A DNA stretch of 64,000 nt, from the NCBI RefSeq assembly GCF_035084215.1, contig NC_090339.1:16616001-16680000 (forward strand). Reading direction: 5' to 3'. The stretch is from Heptranchias perlo (Eukaryota). Both the position numbers and the translations under genes were made by a program. Shown here piece by piece: positions 1 to 12,165 of this stretch. Every line of letters starts with the position of its first letter. The first letter of the stretch is position 1. Below the pieces are notes generated by a model that was not told the DNA's origin, made no database searches, and worked only from the letters and a program-made list of their open reading frames with translations.

Positions 1-462
1 TTGGGGATGATTGGTAGAGAATGGCTCAAAGATCTCTTAACTTTAAGCAATAAAGAATGCTCCTATGTATCAGACCAGGGAATTGAGTATAGGAAGCAGA
101 TTGAAGGATGGGAATATCAGGTCAAGCTTTTTAATCAAACTACCTATACATAGTTCCCCTGGTACTCTAAGTGGGAAGTTCTTTATTGCTTTTCCATCAC
201 AGTTTCAGCTAGTATAGTCAAAAAAAGAAAGTACAAAATTTATGCTGAGCACAAGGAGTTAGTCAGTAAGTGTTCTAGTAAGAAGTGTGCAGCACTGCTG
301 TCTACTGTTAGACTTGTACTTCTGTGCAGCACTCAGGAGGAAAGCTAGCTGGAAAGAGCAGCAGCCTGTAGTCGTAAAGAAATCATTTTCTATTAACAAA
401 TGGAATGGCCTGTAACATACTAGCCTGGAAATGACTGAGTGCTGTTATTATACAAACACTTA

Positions 463-640
463 GGGGGTCATTTTGACTTTGGACGTAAGTTTAAAATGGG
501 CAATATTGGATCAGCTGCCTCCTAGACATTTTTCCCGATTTTCATTTCCATCGAAGTCAATAGAAATGAAAATCGGGAGATGTATAACAGGGACTGATCC
601 GATATCACCCGTTTGACACTATTGTTCAAAGTCAAAATTA
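463..640. mobile_element. Palindromic (fold-back) MITE
   Basis: TTTTGACTTTG...TCCCGATTTTCATTTC / GAAATGAAAATCGGGA...CAAAGTCAAAA forms a whole-length imperfect inverted repeat. Right terminal C-run is lost. Confidence 0.75.
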
Positions 641-1018
641 GAGTGCTTATATCAAATTCTTCTCTCATCTACTTTTAAAAAAAAATTAACCCATTAATAC
701 CATTATTAAAATAATGGGGAGAGAAATTTTGCATGAGCACATTAAAGATTCATATGATAATATTACTCCAATTTCCAAGGTGCATTTTTACTTTCATATC
801 AACTTTTTAAAAGATAGAAATGTTCCATTTTTCTCCTTTGGGGTGGTCTCCTGTGGGGAACTATTTTCCATGAGAATAATGCTTTTGACGATCGAATGAC
901 ATCCAGAACAGAGCTGCTGCGCACACCCAATCAGTCTTCCATGGATGGAGATTGCCAGTTTCTAACATAAGTTTACAGTGTCAGAGATGGGATTGCGAAA
1001 ACATCATTGACACTTATT

Positions 1019-1205
1019 GGGGGTGAAATTGGTATTATGTGCTGGGGCAAAACAGGTGATAGCGCATTGACAATCCCTTTTTAAACCCCTTCTGATGTTC
1101 TTTTGAATTGACTTCAGTGGAAAAGAAAATCAGTCAGGGTGTAAAATGGGCGGCTGATTCACCAGCACCCATTTTGCATTACTGCCCAGGACCAATTTCA
1201 CGCCC
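1019..1205. mobile_element. Palindromic MITE, TSD ATT
   Basis: GGGGGTGAAATTGGT ... ACCAATTTCACGCCC with ATT on both flanks and central TTGACTTCAGTGG. Confidence 0.8.
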
Positions 1206-1619
1206 ATTAAATTAAGGTGGGAAAGAGCCAATTAAAACAAGATATGTCACAGTTTCCAATCATTCAAAAGGCCCAGGCAGCCTAGAAGCCTAGCTCAGAG
1301 TTGGCACTAATGGATTAACATTTTGCCAAACATAACAAGATGTTATGACATGCTTGTATCATGGCTGACGATATCCTTTCAGATGAGAACTGGCCTGACA
1401 GGAGTTTTAGACGCACAGGAGCAGGAATCATAGAAGATGATACCTGAGGGAAAGCAGTGCAGATTTGATAACTCGTTATTGATTTTGCATGATTGTTTTA
1501 AGCATGATTCGCCATAATGAAAGACAGAGGAAGAGAGAGAGCTTTTTTTCTATCTCAGTAAATGACATACATTAAAACAAATAAAATCAAAATATTGTTA
1601 ACCAAATCATGAGCAACAT

Positions 1620-2160
1620 TGCGAGAGGGTCTACAGACCCAGAATCTTATACCTGGGATGGAGAAGTGTCGAAGAGGATTGACGCTCTTGGAAAGCAATT
1701 ATTGAGCACTGTAAAGCGGCAGTAGATTACTTGAGCTACCCCCCACTATAGGTGATGATGTAGCGGACATTTGCTAGAGTATGCTGTTCACCTGTATTCA
1801 AAATGTTGCCGTATCATCCATTTCAACAGAGATATGGAGCAACAATTGAAGAGACAGCAAGCAATCTTTGTTGTTGGTGCTTCCTTCAGCACATTGGATG
1901 TCATCAACCACGTGCACAGGGAGATTAGGGGCCCTACCATCAATCTCATGGCCAAACCACAAAGGCTTCCATTCAATCAATGTGTAGGTGGCCTATGATG
2001 CAAAATTAAGGACTTTGCAGGTGAATCAATACTTGACTCCTTCATCCTCAGTCGTCGTCTCTGGCTGCAGCATGTAGAAAGGATGCAAGAATGGTTGATG
2101 GGGAATTTGGAGTGTCGCCAGATTATGGGTCATGACATGACTGACACCGGCAACATGTAA
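1620..2160 (+). pseudogene. Old Harbinger transposase relic
   Basis: RVYRPR at ~1626, NHKGFHSINV*VAYDA at ~1955-2002, WLMG-like segment at ~2092. Confidence 0.65.
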
Positions 2161-3158
2161 GTATCTTAACACATAAGGCATGAAAAGAAAATGACCGTTT
2201 CTGCTTTGTTGTTATTTTTCCAACTCATAGAAACATTTCTTGACCTCCTGCTGGCATCTACTAATGGTGGATATGGCTCTGAACTGTTGATGATGTTTCT
2301 TTTGTGACATGTGTACTGGGAAGTGCATGTCCTCCTGACTGGTACCTGTTCCACAACTATTGACTCTTCAATGTTGATGAATCAGGCTTTCGTGAAAGGT
2401 TTCAGAACCATAAACCTGAAGTTCACAGCCAGCACATCTGGATTGGTGACCGGTTTGTTTTTCATCAGGATCAAAGAGGTTCATTTCCTGCTACTTAAAC
2501 GGTAATTATTACAGCTCAACTCTGATCAGTTTGTTAAATTCCATGAGCAATAGGTACCAAAGTGGTATTCAGAGCAACTGCAGTTCCTATACACTTACAC
2601 AAACAACTCCTCTATTAAAGAAAAGACCCTAACAGCCATAATCCAGAAAGTTTCTACATTCTGAATGCTATCAAATCAATTGTGTGAGATAACAGTAGTT
2701 CAGCAGTGACGTTTCCCCTCCCAGTCCAAGAGCACACTAACACTTACCGTCCAGGCTCACGTATTAAGACTGGTCACTGGAGTGCCCCAGTGAGCTCTAC
2801 AACCATATCCCACAAGTCATCTCTGTCAACAGAGGAAAGGTAAGCACCGAAACTTGAGAAGGAAAAGTTGGAGGGCGATACTAACAGTGTCATAATTTGA
2901 TAATTTGTGCACCACAGATAAATAACAGATTTCATCATTTCTGAAGGCCTGGGATAGCCATTTTGGAATCGGGCAGAAAACTAGGGAAGACCAAAAAACG
3001 TTTGATTCACTGACTGCAATTTTCCTTTCCATGTCCTGCTTAGAAACACTTTTTTCTTTTCAATATATTAATCTCTGTGAATATGAAAACATTGACATTC
3101 AAATCAATTTTTGCCTTTGCTCTTTGAAGGTAAGCACAGCTTATATATAAAACTGACT

Positions 3159-3344
3159 AGGGTAGATCTTGTCTTTGAATGATAGTGTAAAATGAGTGAT
3201 AGTGAATCGGCAGCCCATTTTACACCTCTCCTCATTTGTATTTCCACTGAAGTCAATGGAAATAAAACTGGAGAGAGATGTAAAATGGGCTGCTGATTCA
3301 CTATCACTCATTTTACACTATCGCTCAAAGTCAAGATCTACTCC
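3159..3344. mobile_element. Palindromic MITE, TSD ACT
   Basis: AGGGTAGATCTTG ... CAAGATCTACTCC. Arms GATAGTGTAAAATGAGTGATAGTGAATC / GATTCACTATCACTCATTTTACACTATC are exactly complementary. Confidence 0.88.
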
Positions 3345-3483
3345 ACTGTGTTGAGAAAAAAAGTCCAAAGCCATAATTTTGGATCCAAAAACTGGAAATT
3401 CTGAATGCAAACCTTGCATTTGAATTATTCCAATTTACACAAGCTTCTTATAAATAATCCGCAGTGTAACCCTCAAACACCAT

Positions 3484-5251
3484 GGGGGTTATATTGGATA
3501 ACCCCCGAAACTGGGCATGGGGCCATGATGCGCGATTAACCCATGCCCGGTCATTGAGATTCAGGCAGCATGAATTTACCTGATTGCTGCATCCAGCCAG
3601 CGCTACCTGCGCTGTTGAGTGACCATCGCGAGTGGCTAGCACCACTTTAAGGCTGCCTGCACATCTAATCTGCAAAATATAAGATACGGGTCTGCACGGA
3701 GTCTGAACGGCGGTCAGACATCGCACACGTGAAACACAGATGTAGGTCCTGTCCCTATATTTACAAACTGTTGAGTTATTTTAAAACATTGAATAGAGGT
3801 TACGCACTATTAAATCCCACATCCTCCAATCCTCCAGATCCCATCAATCTGCCGATTTGAGTTTGTACAGGCCCTGCGAGAGAGCATGCACCAAGGTTCT
3901 CTGATGATGCACTAGAGCCTGGGTGCAAGAGGTGGACAGAAGGAGGGGCATCCTGTATCCGCAGGAGGCCGTCCAGACATATGCTTCCCAGGAAGTGGGA
4001 GGTAGTAGGGGATGAAGTCAATGCCATGTGCATAGCACCATGAACATGGATGTAGTGCAGGAAGAAGTTCAATGCTTTGACATGAATGGTCAAGGTGAGT
4101 GAGGTCAACTGTCAAGTGGCATCTCCTACCAACTGCATCACTAGCTGCATCCACTGCTCCACGCACTACACCCCCCCATCACACACATACCAACAAACTC
4201 TTTCGATCAGTACTCAACTCTTCCAATCATATGCTTCCTCTCACCCTCAACTCACAGGTCACACGCACTGGCAGCTATTCAACCATGACAGCCGCATCAC
4301 CCAAACATCTTGTAGAACACTCACCGACACACATCCCGCTTTCTTGCAGGAGAAGGTGGCGCATAACAGGAGGCAACAAGTGGCAGTGGCTCCATGGAAC
4401 ATGAACCTGCTGTCCTCTCTCAGGATGACAGCATTCCTGTCCCACCCCTGCCACTCCGCCAGTGCCCTTGCTATTGCCTGTCAACTAGCCAGCCCACTCC
4501 CCGTAGATTGTTGAAACTTTATGATAGGAACATAGGAAGATAGGAACAGGAGTAGGCCATTTAGCCCCTCGAGCCTGTTCCGCCATTCAATGAGATCATG
4601 GCTGATCTGTGACCTAACTCCATATACCCACCATAGCCCCATATCCCTTAACACCTTTGGTTAACAAAAATCGATCAATCTCGGATTTAAAATTAACAAT
4701 TGAGCTAGCATCAACTGCCGTTTGCGGAAGAGAGTTCCAAACTTCTACCACTCTTTGCGTGTAGAAGTGTTTCCTAACTTCACTCCTGCAAGTCCTGGCT
4801 CTAATTTTTAGGCTATGTCCCCTAGTCCTAGTATTCAAGTATAGGAGACCTTCAAAAAAAACAGGTACAAATGCATCAGCAGCCAAAAGCAATAATCCAG
4901 CAACTATTCTGTAACTCCTGCATGATTCCTTTAAATAGCGCTGGTGGGGGGGCCCTCCATGGTGTTTAAGACCTGTTCAGCTATGCAAAGTTAAGACAGT
5001 GCGTTGGCTGGAGCGTGGAATTCCAAAATCATATCTGTCCCTTTAAATCAGCTTGCTTACTGATCTACCGCATATTCTCCCTACTTTACACGGTGCCGAT
5101 GTTCGTTATCTGCGCGTGCGCGAACGCCTTTCTAAGACGGTGTACAGCGTACGTCACACTAGAAGTGCGCACCACTCTGGACACCTTTTTTGTCCTTAGG
5201 AGCCCGCATAGCGCGTACACAATGGACGCCACGCGGCTCAATTTAGAGCCC
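3484..5251 (+). mobile_element. Non-autonomous Harbinger-CR1 chimera, copy 1 (least deleted form)
   Basis: Left end GGGGGTTATATTGGATAACCCCCGAA resembles element B's left end. Myb exon 1 relic, intron 4095-4349, start of exon 2 and a piece of the last Myb exon. CR1 3' end on - at ~4523-4831. Right arm ends CAATTTAGAGCCC. No clear TSD. Confidence 0.85.
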
Positions 5252-5753
5252 TACGTACTTTATGGACAGCTCGACATTCTCTTCAGAAATTTACCTTGGA
5301 GCTGCCGCTACACATAGCTACTGAGCATTCCACCACACCTCCGTTGCATAATTCAGTTCAATTGACCCCTGAGTTTGTCAGCACATTTTGCATGGTGCAC
5401 TGGCAGCTGTCTAATCAGTGAGTGCTATTCTTATTTAAAAAATTGCACCAGTCCCAGACAGACTGCAAATGCCAGCTCCCAGTCTCAACTGCACCTTCAG
5501 ATTCAGAGCTGGCGATGGACAGATCCTGAAAGTGCCTCATTAAATGTAACTTTGCGAGTTTTTTTTTACACCTGGCAGGTCAGAAATGATTCTCTGTTGG
5601 GAATAGGGGCGGGAATAATAGAAAAGAAAGGCAGGAAGTTTTTCTTCAGAGAATCACCAAAGGTCTACGATAAAAACAAAAAATGCTTTAAGTGCACAGC
5701 AAGTCAGTCTGCTTCTGTAATAAAGATAGGTTGACATTTTGGGTATATAGAAC

Positions 5754-6432
5754 CATAGCATCATAGAATCATAGAAAGTTATGGAACGGAAGGAGGCCAT
5801 TCAGCCCACTGTGTCCAAACCGGCCGAAAAAGAACTATCCAGCTTAATCCCACTTTCCAGCACTTGGTCCGTAGTCCTGTAGGTCACGGCACTTCAAATG
5901 CACATCGAAGTACTTTTTAAATGTGATGAGGGTTTCTGCCTCTACCACTCTTTCAGGCAGTGAGTTCCAGACCTCCACCATCCTCTGGGTGAAAACATTT
6001 CTCCTCAGCTCCCGTCTAATCCTTCTACCAATTACTTTAAATCCATGCCCCCGGTCACTGACCCCTCTGCTAAGGGAAATAGGTCCTCTCTATCCACTCT
6101 ATCTAGTCCCGTCATAATTTTATATACCTCAATTAAATCTCCCCTCAGCCTCCTTTGTTCCAAAGAAAACAACACCAGCCAATCCAATCCTTTCTCATAG
6201 ATAAAATTCTCCAGTCCTGGCAACATCCTTGTAAATCTCCTCTGTACCCTCTCTAGTGCAATCACATCTTTCCTGTAATGTGGTGACCAGAACTGTATGC
6301 AGTACTCAAGCTGTGGCCCAACCAATGTTTTATACAGTTCTAGCATAACCTCCCTGCTCTTATATTCTATGCCTCGGCTAATAAAGGAAAGTATCCCGTA
6401 TGCCTTCTTAACCATCTTATCTACCTGCATGT
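5754..6432 (-). mobile_element. CR1 LINE, 5'-truncated
   Basis: ORF 6032..6439 LYKTLVGPQLEYCIQFWSPHYRKD, ERVQRRFTRM. CATAGAAT-type microsatellite tail at ~5754. Confidence 0.93.
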
Positions 6433-6879
6433 TCTTCATCAGAATTCATAAAGGATATACACCCAAAATGTTAACTTGTCTTTTCTATTTGCAGATACTG
6501 ATTAACCTGTTGTGCATTTTCCATTTCTGCTTTCTATAATTTGGATATAGAACTGAACTTCTTTCCTTATAATTTCTTCGGACATTTTGGTCATGAATTA
6601 CACACTGTGATCCATTTTCCACCTTTTAAGGAGTTGAGTGGTCAGGTCCTAGATTATGAAATGCCCAGCCAGTAATGAATTATTTAATGACCGTCTGCTT
6701 TGGATCAAAATCCAGAAATGAAAAGGATGCAGATCTCACTTGTGGGTGCTTATCAGGTAGAATCTATACCTGTGTATGTCCTAAGTCCGCAAAATGATTT
6801 AAAATGTCATGTATGTGTGGTGATACAGTGCGAAGTTAGGGAATAATAATCTCCTAACCTTTCTGAAATTTTTAACAAG

Positions 6880-7110
6880 AAGTATTATGATGTCCAAGGA
6901 GAAAGTACTTTGCATCGTGTGTAGTCCATTATAAAATATTCTTCCTTCAAGAGGAAAAAGATTAGGTTTGCTGATTGACCAAATGTTGATCATGTTGTCA
7001 GATTGTATGATAGCAATTGTAAGTAGGATGTTAGGGTGTATAAGAAAATCTGTAGAGAGTTCCAAGGAAGTCCAACTGACACTATAAAGCATTGGTGAGA
7101 CCACACAGAA
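6880..7110 (+). mobile_element. Old CR1 fragment
   Basis: Degenerate EK.LG.LID, RMLGCIRK and YKALVRPH motifs. Confidence 0.55.
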
Positions 7111-7619
7111 TGCTTCATCCTCAATGGTGACGATCGTAGTTGCAAATCAGTCACTGACTATTAAGGTCAATACAAGAGGTAAGCTCTCTCACATGTTTCA
7201 CAAACCCAAATAGCTTGTCTGGAGTTGAAGGACTGATCACATTTCTGCTGTTGCAGCTTCTCCTTCAGGAGGTCAATGCACTGGCTCTCATTCTGGCTGA
7301 CATGTCACACTGTTTGGAAGCTCATGTGATCAGCTGCAAGATTTTCCTAGCCATTGATATTGATACTACATAGCTTGAGGTTGTGCCTGGTGTCTCCTTT
7401 ATAAGGGTTATTTGGCAAGGTTCTGCTGCCATCACAAAGCCTCACTAGTGGCAAGCGTAGGTCAGTGAATCGGCACTGTATTGTTATAGGCCTAAATCCA
7501 ACCTACACTTGCATCTAGTGAGGCTCCATGCTGACAGCAGCATTTCATGAGATTACTCTTTATATCTCTTTTATTACCTACCCTGCTTTCACCTGTCATG
7601 TTCCAGCTCATTGTATGAC

Positions 7620-8975
7620 CTCAATACCTCCATGCACCTTCTCACTTTCTGCCCAATCTCAGCCTCTCCTCAGTGACTTTAATCTCCACCTGAGCTCACC
7701 GTCCCCAACCTTTATTGACTTCCTTCCCCTGTTCATCTCCCTCAACGGCACACTCTACATAGACTCCCATGTTACAATCTATTTGAAGATGTTTTTATTA
7801 ATAGTTGGATGACTTATCTATCCGGCATAATCAATAAGATTCTTGGGAACGTTAAGGTCGAACACTCATAGATCTATTAAGATTTTGTATTTCTAATCAC
7901 ACCTGACGATTGGAGAATCGAACGTGTTATTGTTCTGAGCTCAGTATGCAGATTGATCAACCATCCGAATCCAAATTCACGTTGCAATTTGCTACTTTTA
8001 TACCTTTGCTGGACCCTAATCCAAATAAGGTACACTGAGCAAGGCATGATTGTGCCTCGTTCACATGTTCTATTTTACATCTCAAAGCTACAGAATATAT
8101 GAGCGATGGGTAAATTGTACTATTGATTGACGTGGAGAGGGAATTTTTCTGCTGGATTGTCTGTGCTTCAACATGTGCTGCAATCAGTATCCTAGCTTTT
8201 AATTCTTTCTCACCCATGACTCTTTACGTGCCAAACCATGCACATGGTCACTACTTCAATTTCATCATTCCAAGTGTGTTTATGACCTCCAGGATCTGTA
8301 TTGTATTCAGGGTACTGTCCGACCAATTCCTCATCTGGGTTCTCCCTCATAGCCCCCAACATGACACAAACCTCTTAATTGTTACTTTCCACCCTAGGAA
8401 GAATTATGCCCCACCTCTCAAGCACCTTCTCTAACTCTAATCTCCCCCTCTTCTGCTGCTACCTATTCTGCCATTGACACCTCTGTTGACCTTATCCACA
8501 ACTGTCTTGCCTTTACATTTTACGCCCTCATCTCCATCAGATCCCAGACAGTCTCCCATCCCCACCATTTCTCCACGAACAATTCCATGGGCTAGAAACT
8601 TGACAGGCTTGTCCTCCACCCAACCCAGCCCTCACCCATTCCATTCTCTACAGTTTCTCCCACATCTCCCCCTCAACTTTCAGCACATTCAGCATAACTA
8701 ACCATCTGGTCACTTGATCCACTCTTCTCCCAACTGCTAACCACTGACTTCATCTCCTCAGCCCTATGTTTATCAACCTCATTGCCTGTCTCTTTCCATC
8801 AGCACTGTCTCTACCTCATTCAAGACCACCATTATCACCCCCTCCTTAAGAAACCCACCCTCAATCTCTCCGTTCTCTTGAATATCTGCCCTCTTTTCAA
8901 CCTTCCTTTGCTTTCCAAAGCCCTGGAACACTTTGTTGCTTTCTAACTACATTACCATCTCTCCCACCATTCCAA
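7620..8975 (+). mobile_element. Old L2-type LINE ORF2 pieces (endonuclease to RT), discontinuous
   Basis: C-rich strand. SDFNLH at ~7672, FKT.IITP.LKKP.L and FNLPLLSKALEH at ~8820-8930. Confidence 0.55.
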
Positions 8976-9639
8976 TTTCTGGGCACTTTTGTACTGTGAA
9001 TTCATACACAATAAATTCACGTAACACTCTTGCATGGGTATCAAGAGGAAGCTTCCATTTCATGGGTGTGACTTGATTCCAACCCTGGTCCCCTAGATAA
9101 AAGAGGTACCATGTACCACCCTGATCTTATATTCCAATTTAACTATACAGTGCAATGTGGATAATCATGCACTTCCAGCAGGAAGCCTCACTCAATTGAA
9201 ACAGAGGTCGAAGATTGGGATACTGCTGCATTGATTCTCCGACCCATGCACCCATTTAGCGAGGCTACCTGCTAGGAGTGCAGGATCTGTGAATAAGCCC
9301 TCACATTTCAAGGGAACAAGTCATTTCATAGATTGTGACAGACTAGGCAAAGATTTGTCACAAGATTACACAAACTCACATCGTAGCTTTCAGAAATATG
9401 CAGATAGCTTGGAATTTCCCAAATTAAAATTGTATTAACTACCCCTCACAATTCAGGAGCATATAAAAGAAGACACTATCCCTCATAGGGTTATAACAGC
9501 AACGATTTTGTTTTAATGATGATTTGGCTGAATGAATTATTATTTATTAATGGTTCCTCTGGGCTATCTTATGTACCGTATCCTGGAATGTTTTTTAACC
9601 AAAGTTAAATAGCAGCCATTGAGTAAATAAATTCTTGTT

Positions 9640-9852
9640 GAGCTCCCCCGACGGTTCAGTTCCTTAAGATATTGAATAGCTGAGCCATACAGACCAGGAT
9701 TCCTTGATGGTGCTGAGTTAACTGATCTTAACTGGGACAGCGATGGGGATGTTACAATTAGCCATCATGCCTCTAAGGGAGGGAAAACTGACAGGAATCC
9801 TGTTTCTATTATCCACTGCTGGAAGTGGACGTGTGGACATAAGGTGAGGACA
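9640..9852 (+). mobile_element. Ancient SINE-like dispersed repeat fragment (related pieces at ~2735-2810, 16700-16850, 17880-17990)
   Basis: Shared AAAA(C/A)T(G/C)AGACAGGAATCCTG and GCTGGAAGTG motifs between the 9780-9830 and 16780-16840 pieces. Family name not established. Confidence 0.45.
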
Positions 9853-10185
9853 ACAACAAAAACAACTTGCATTTATACAGTGCCATTAACATAGTAAGAA
9901 CGTCCCAAGGAGTTTCACAGGAGCGTTATCAGACAAAATTTGACATCGAAGCAAATAAAGAGATACTAGGACAAGTGACCAAAAGTTTGGTCAAAGAAGG
10001 TAGGTTTTAAGGAGCGTCTTAAAGGAGGGGAGAGAGGTAGAGAGGCGAAGGGGATTCCAGAGCTTAGGGCCTAGACAGCTGAAGGCATGGCCGCAAAGGG
10101 AATCGGCGAGGCACAAGAGGCCAGAATTGGAGGAGCGCAGAGATCTTGAAGGGTTGTAGGGCTGGAAGACATCGAGATAGGGAGG
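9853..10185 (-). mobile_element. L2-type LINE 3' end
   Basis: Revcomp ends in a ...TATAAATGCAAGTTGTT tail. Homologous to 17620-17878 and 39200-39855. Confidence 0.85.
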
Positions 10186-11284
10186 ACTCTATTGTGCTGC
10201 ATGTAAACAAATATCCTGCAGTTCTCTCAATGCCTAGCCTCACACATTGATATGCCTGTACATTTGGAATGTAAATGAACTGTGGGGGCTGATAAGCTGG
10301 TCCTAGCACAGAAGCACTGGGACCACTGCTCCTTGGGTGCAGCTGTGCACATCTATAGTGGAGTCAACTCATCTCATGTAAGGTCAACTCATTCAAAGAG
10401 ATTTCCAGCACTTCATCACACAATGCATGATGTGCTGACGGCTCCCTGCGATCAAGGCATAGGTTATCCTGCTTTGGCATCTCTCAGAGGGCTGGTGGAT
10501 GCTCTTAAAACTGTCCATTTCTGAAGACAGAGGAGAATTGACTGCAGCTCTATTTAAAGGGGCAGCCTTGGAGATGCTTCTGGAAGGAGGTCTTTGAAAA
10601 TGAGGGCCACCCACCAGTAAAGGGCAGTGTTGAATAGCTTGGATGGAGGTGGTGGAAAGAGTCCATGCTGTCTCATTTGTGCAGTAAACCTGGGAGCAGC
10701 TGAAGAAAGAAAGTTGCTGGTCTCAGGAAGGCTGCCAAAGTAAAATATGCTCTCATTTTGCTTTATTTTATAATGTGCCAGTTTTAAGTTTGGGGTAACA
10801 TCACATCACACACCAATTTGACAACTTTTCATGCACTTTCAAGATTACAGGCATGCCGTTGTTTTACTAGGACGCTGAGCATTGCAATGACAGCAAGGTG
10901 TTTGCCCTGTAACCCATTGTATGTGGAAAGTAACAAACACCAATCACACTCCCAACACTACCTATATGTTGTATGTTCACAGAGTCACATAAGGTGGTTG
11001 GCAACCTGGGCGCTTGGCTGGAACACATCTTCTCTCACATTCCTCGTTTCAACATATGTCCTTTTTCTATCTGCTTGCAGAAGACTGCATATAACAAAAC
11101 ACAGCTCATGCGGACAGGACATGAATCATCTAAGCTATGACATGACTCATGAAGAGAAGAGAATCTAGGAGAAATTAAATGGTGAGTTCAAAAGCTTCTC
11201 CAAACTCATGGCTAATACCTTTTTTTCTTAGTCCTTATCTTCTTACTCACTCATTAATGCACTTCCTCATGCATAACAGACACT

Positions 11285-11562
11285 AGAACCCAACTGGTTC
11301 ACCAATGTCCTTTTAGGGAAGGAAACCTGCCGGCCTTACCCAATCTGTCCTATATGTGACTCCAATCCAACACCAATTTGGTTGACTCTTAACTGCCCTC
11401 TGAAGTGACCCAGTGGATCACTTAATTGTATCAAACCACTACAAAGAATAATTGCTGCGGTTCAAGAAGAAAGCCCACCCCTGCCTTCTCAAGGGCGACT
11501 AGGGATGGGCAATGAATGCTGGTTTTGCCAATGACCCCCAAATCCCAAGAATGAATCAAAAA
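11285..11562 (+). mobile_element. SINE body plus 3' tail shared with the poly-A LINE family
   Basis: AACCCAACTGGTTCAC...TAGGGAAGGAAACCTGCC matches 42000-42090. It ends CCTTCTCAAGGGC..GGGATGGGCAA...AAAA like the LINE 3' end at 23280-23360. Confidence 0.75.
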
Positions 11563-11907
11563 AATTGTTGTGTCATGTAAATTCTGTTTTAAGAAATCAC
11601 CTGTTGCCAACAATCTAAAATAGGCTCTTTTTCTGCTTCTCCAGGTGCACAAGAGCAAGAGATGTGGTAAGTCCAATGACTGGCCTCGTCCGAGCACCTC
11701 TCAGCACTCTGTGTCATCCACTCCTACAGTGGTAAGCACCAAGGCTGCACCCGTACTGTGGGGATTAGTTAGTGAGTGGCAGGCGGGAGCACCAGGTCAA
11801 GAACAGAACAGGAATGAAGAGGATTAAGTGCAGATGGAATTGGAGGATCTGCGACCTGTTGGCCAGATGCCCAGCTCATGAGCTCCTTCAGGAAATTGGA
11901 AATAGAA

Positions 11908-12165
11908 AAGAATCATAGAATTTTAGAAGGAGGCCACTCTTCTGCTCTTTCCCCATAACCCTGCTAATCAGGCAGTGCATCCCAGATCATAAGTCGCTGC
12001 ATAAAAAGAATTCTCCTGATCTCCCCCCTGTTTCTTTTGCCAATTACTTTAAATCTGCGTGTCCTCTGGTTATCGACCCTCCTGCCAGTGGAAACAGTTT
12101 CTCCTTATTTACTCTATCAAAACCTTTCAAAATTTTGAACGCATCTATTAAATCTCTCCTTAAAA
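11908..12165 (-). mobile_element. CR1 3' fragment, internally deleted
   Basis: RRDLIDAFKILKGFDRVNKEKLFPLAGGSITRGH and a CATAGAAT tail. Confidence 0.85.

Noticed and set aside
2166-2510. Coding exon next to the Harbinger relic
   Set aside because: Stops break the frames and there are no recognisable motifs. It is possibly decayed transposon sequence.
4614-4892. Recurrent ~90-aa ORF in chimera copies as a conserved new protein
   Set aside because: It has no ATG start in copy 1, stops early in copies 2 and 3, and is explained by the residual CR1 ORF2 frame
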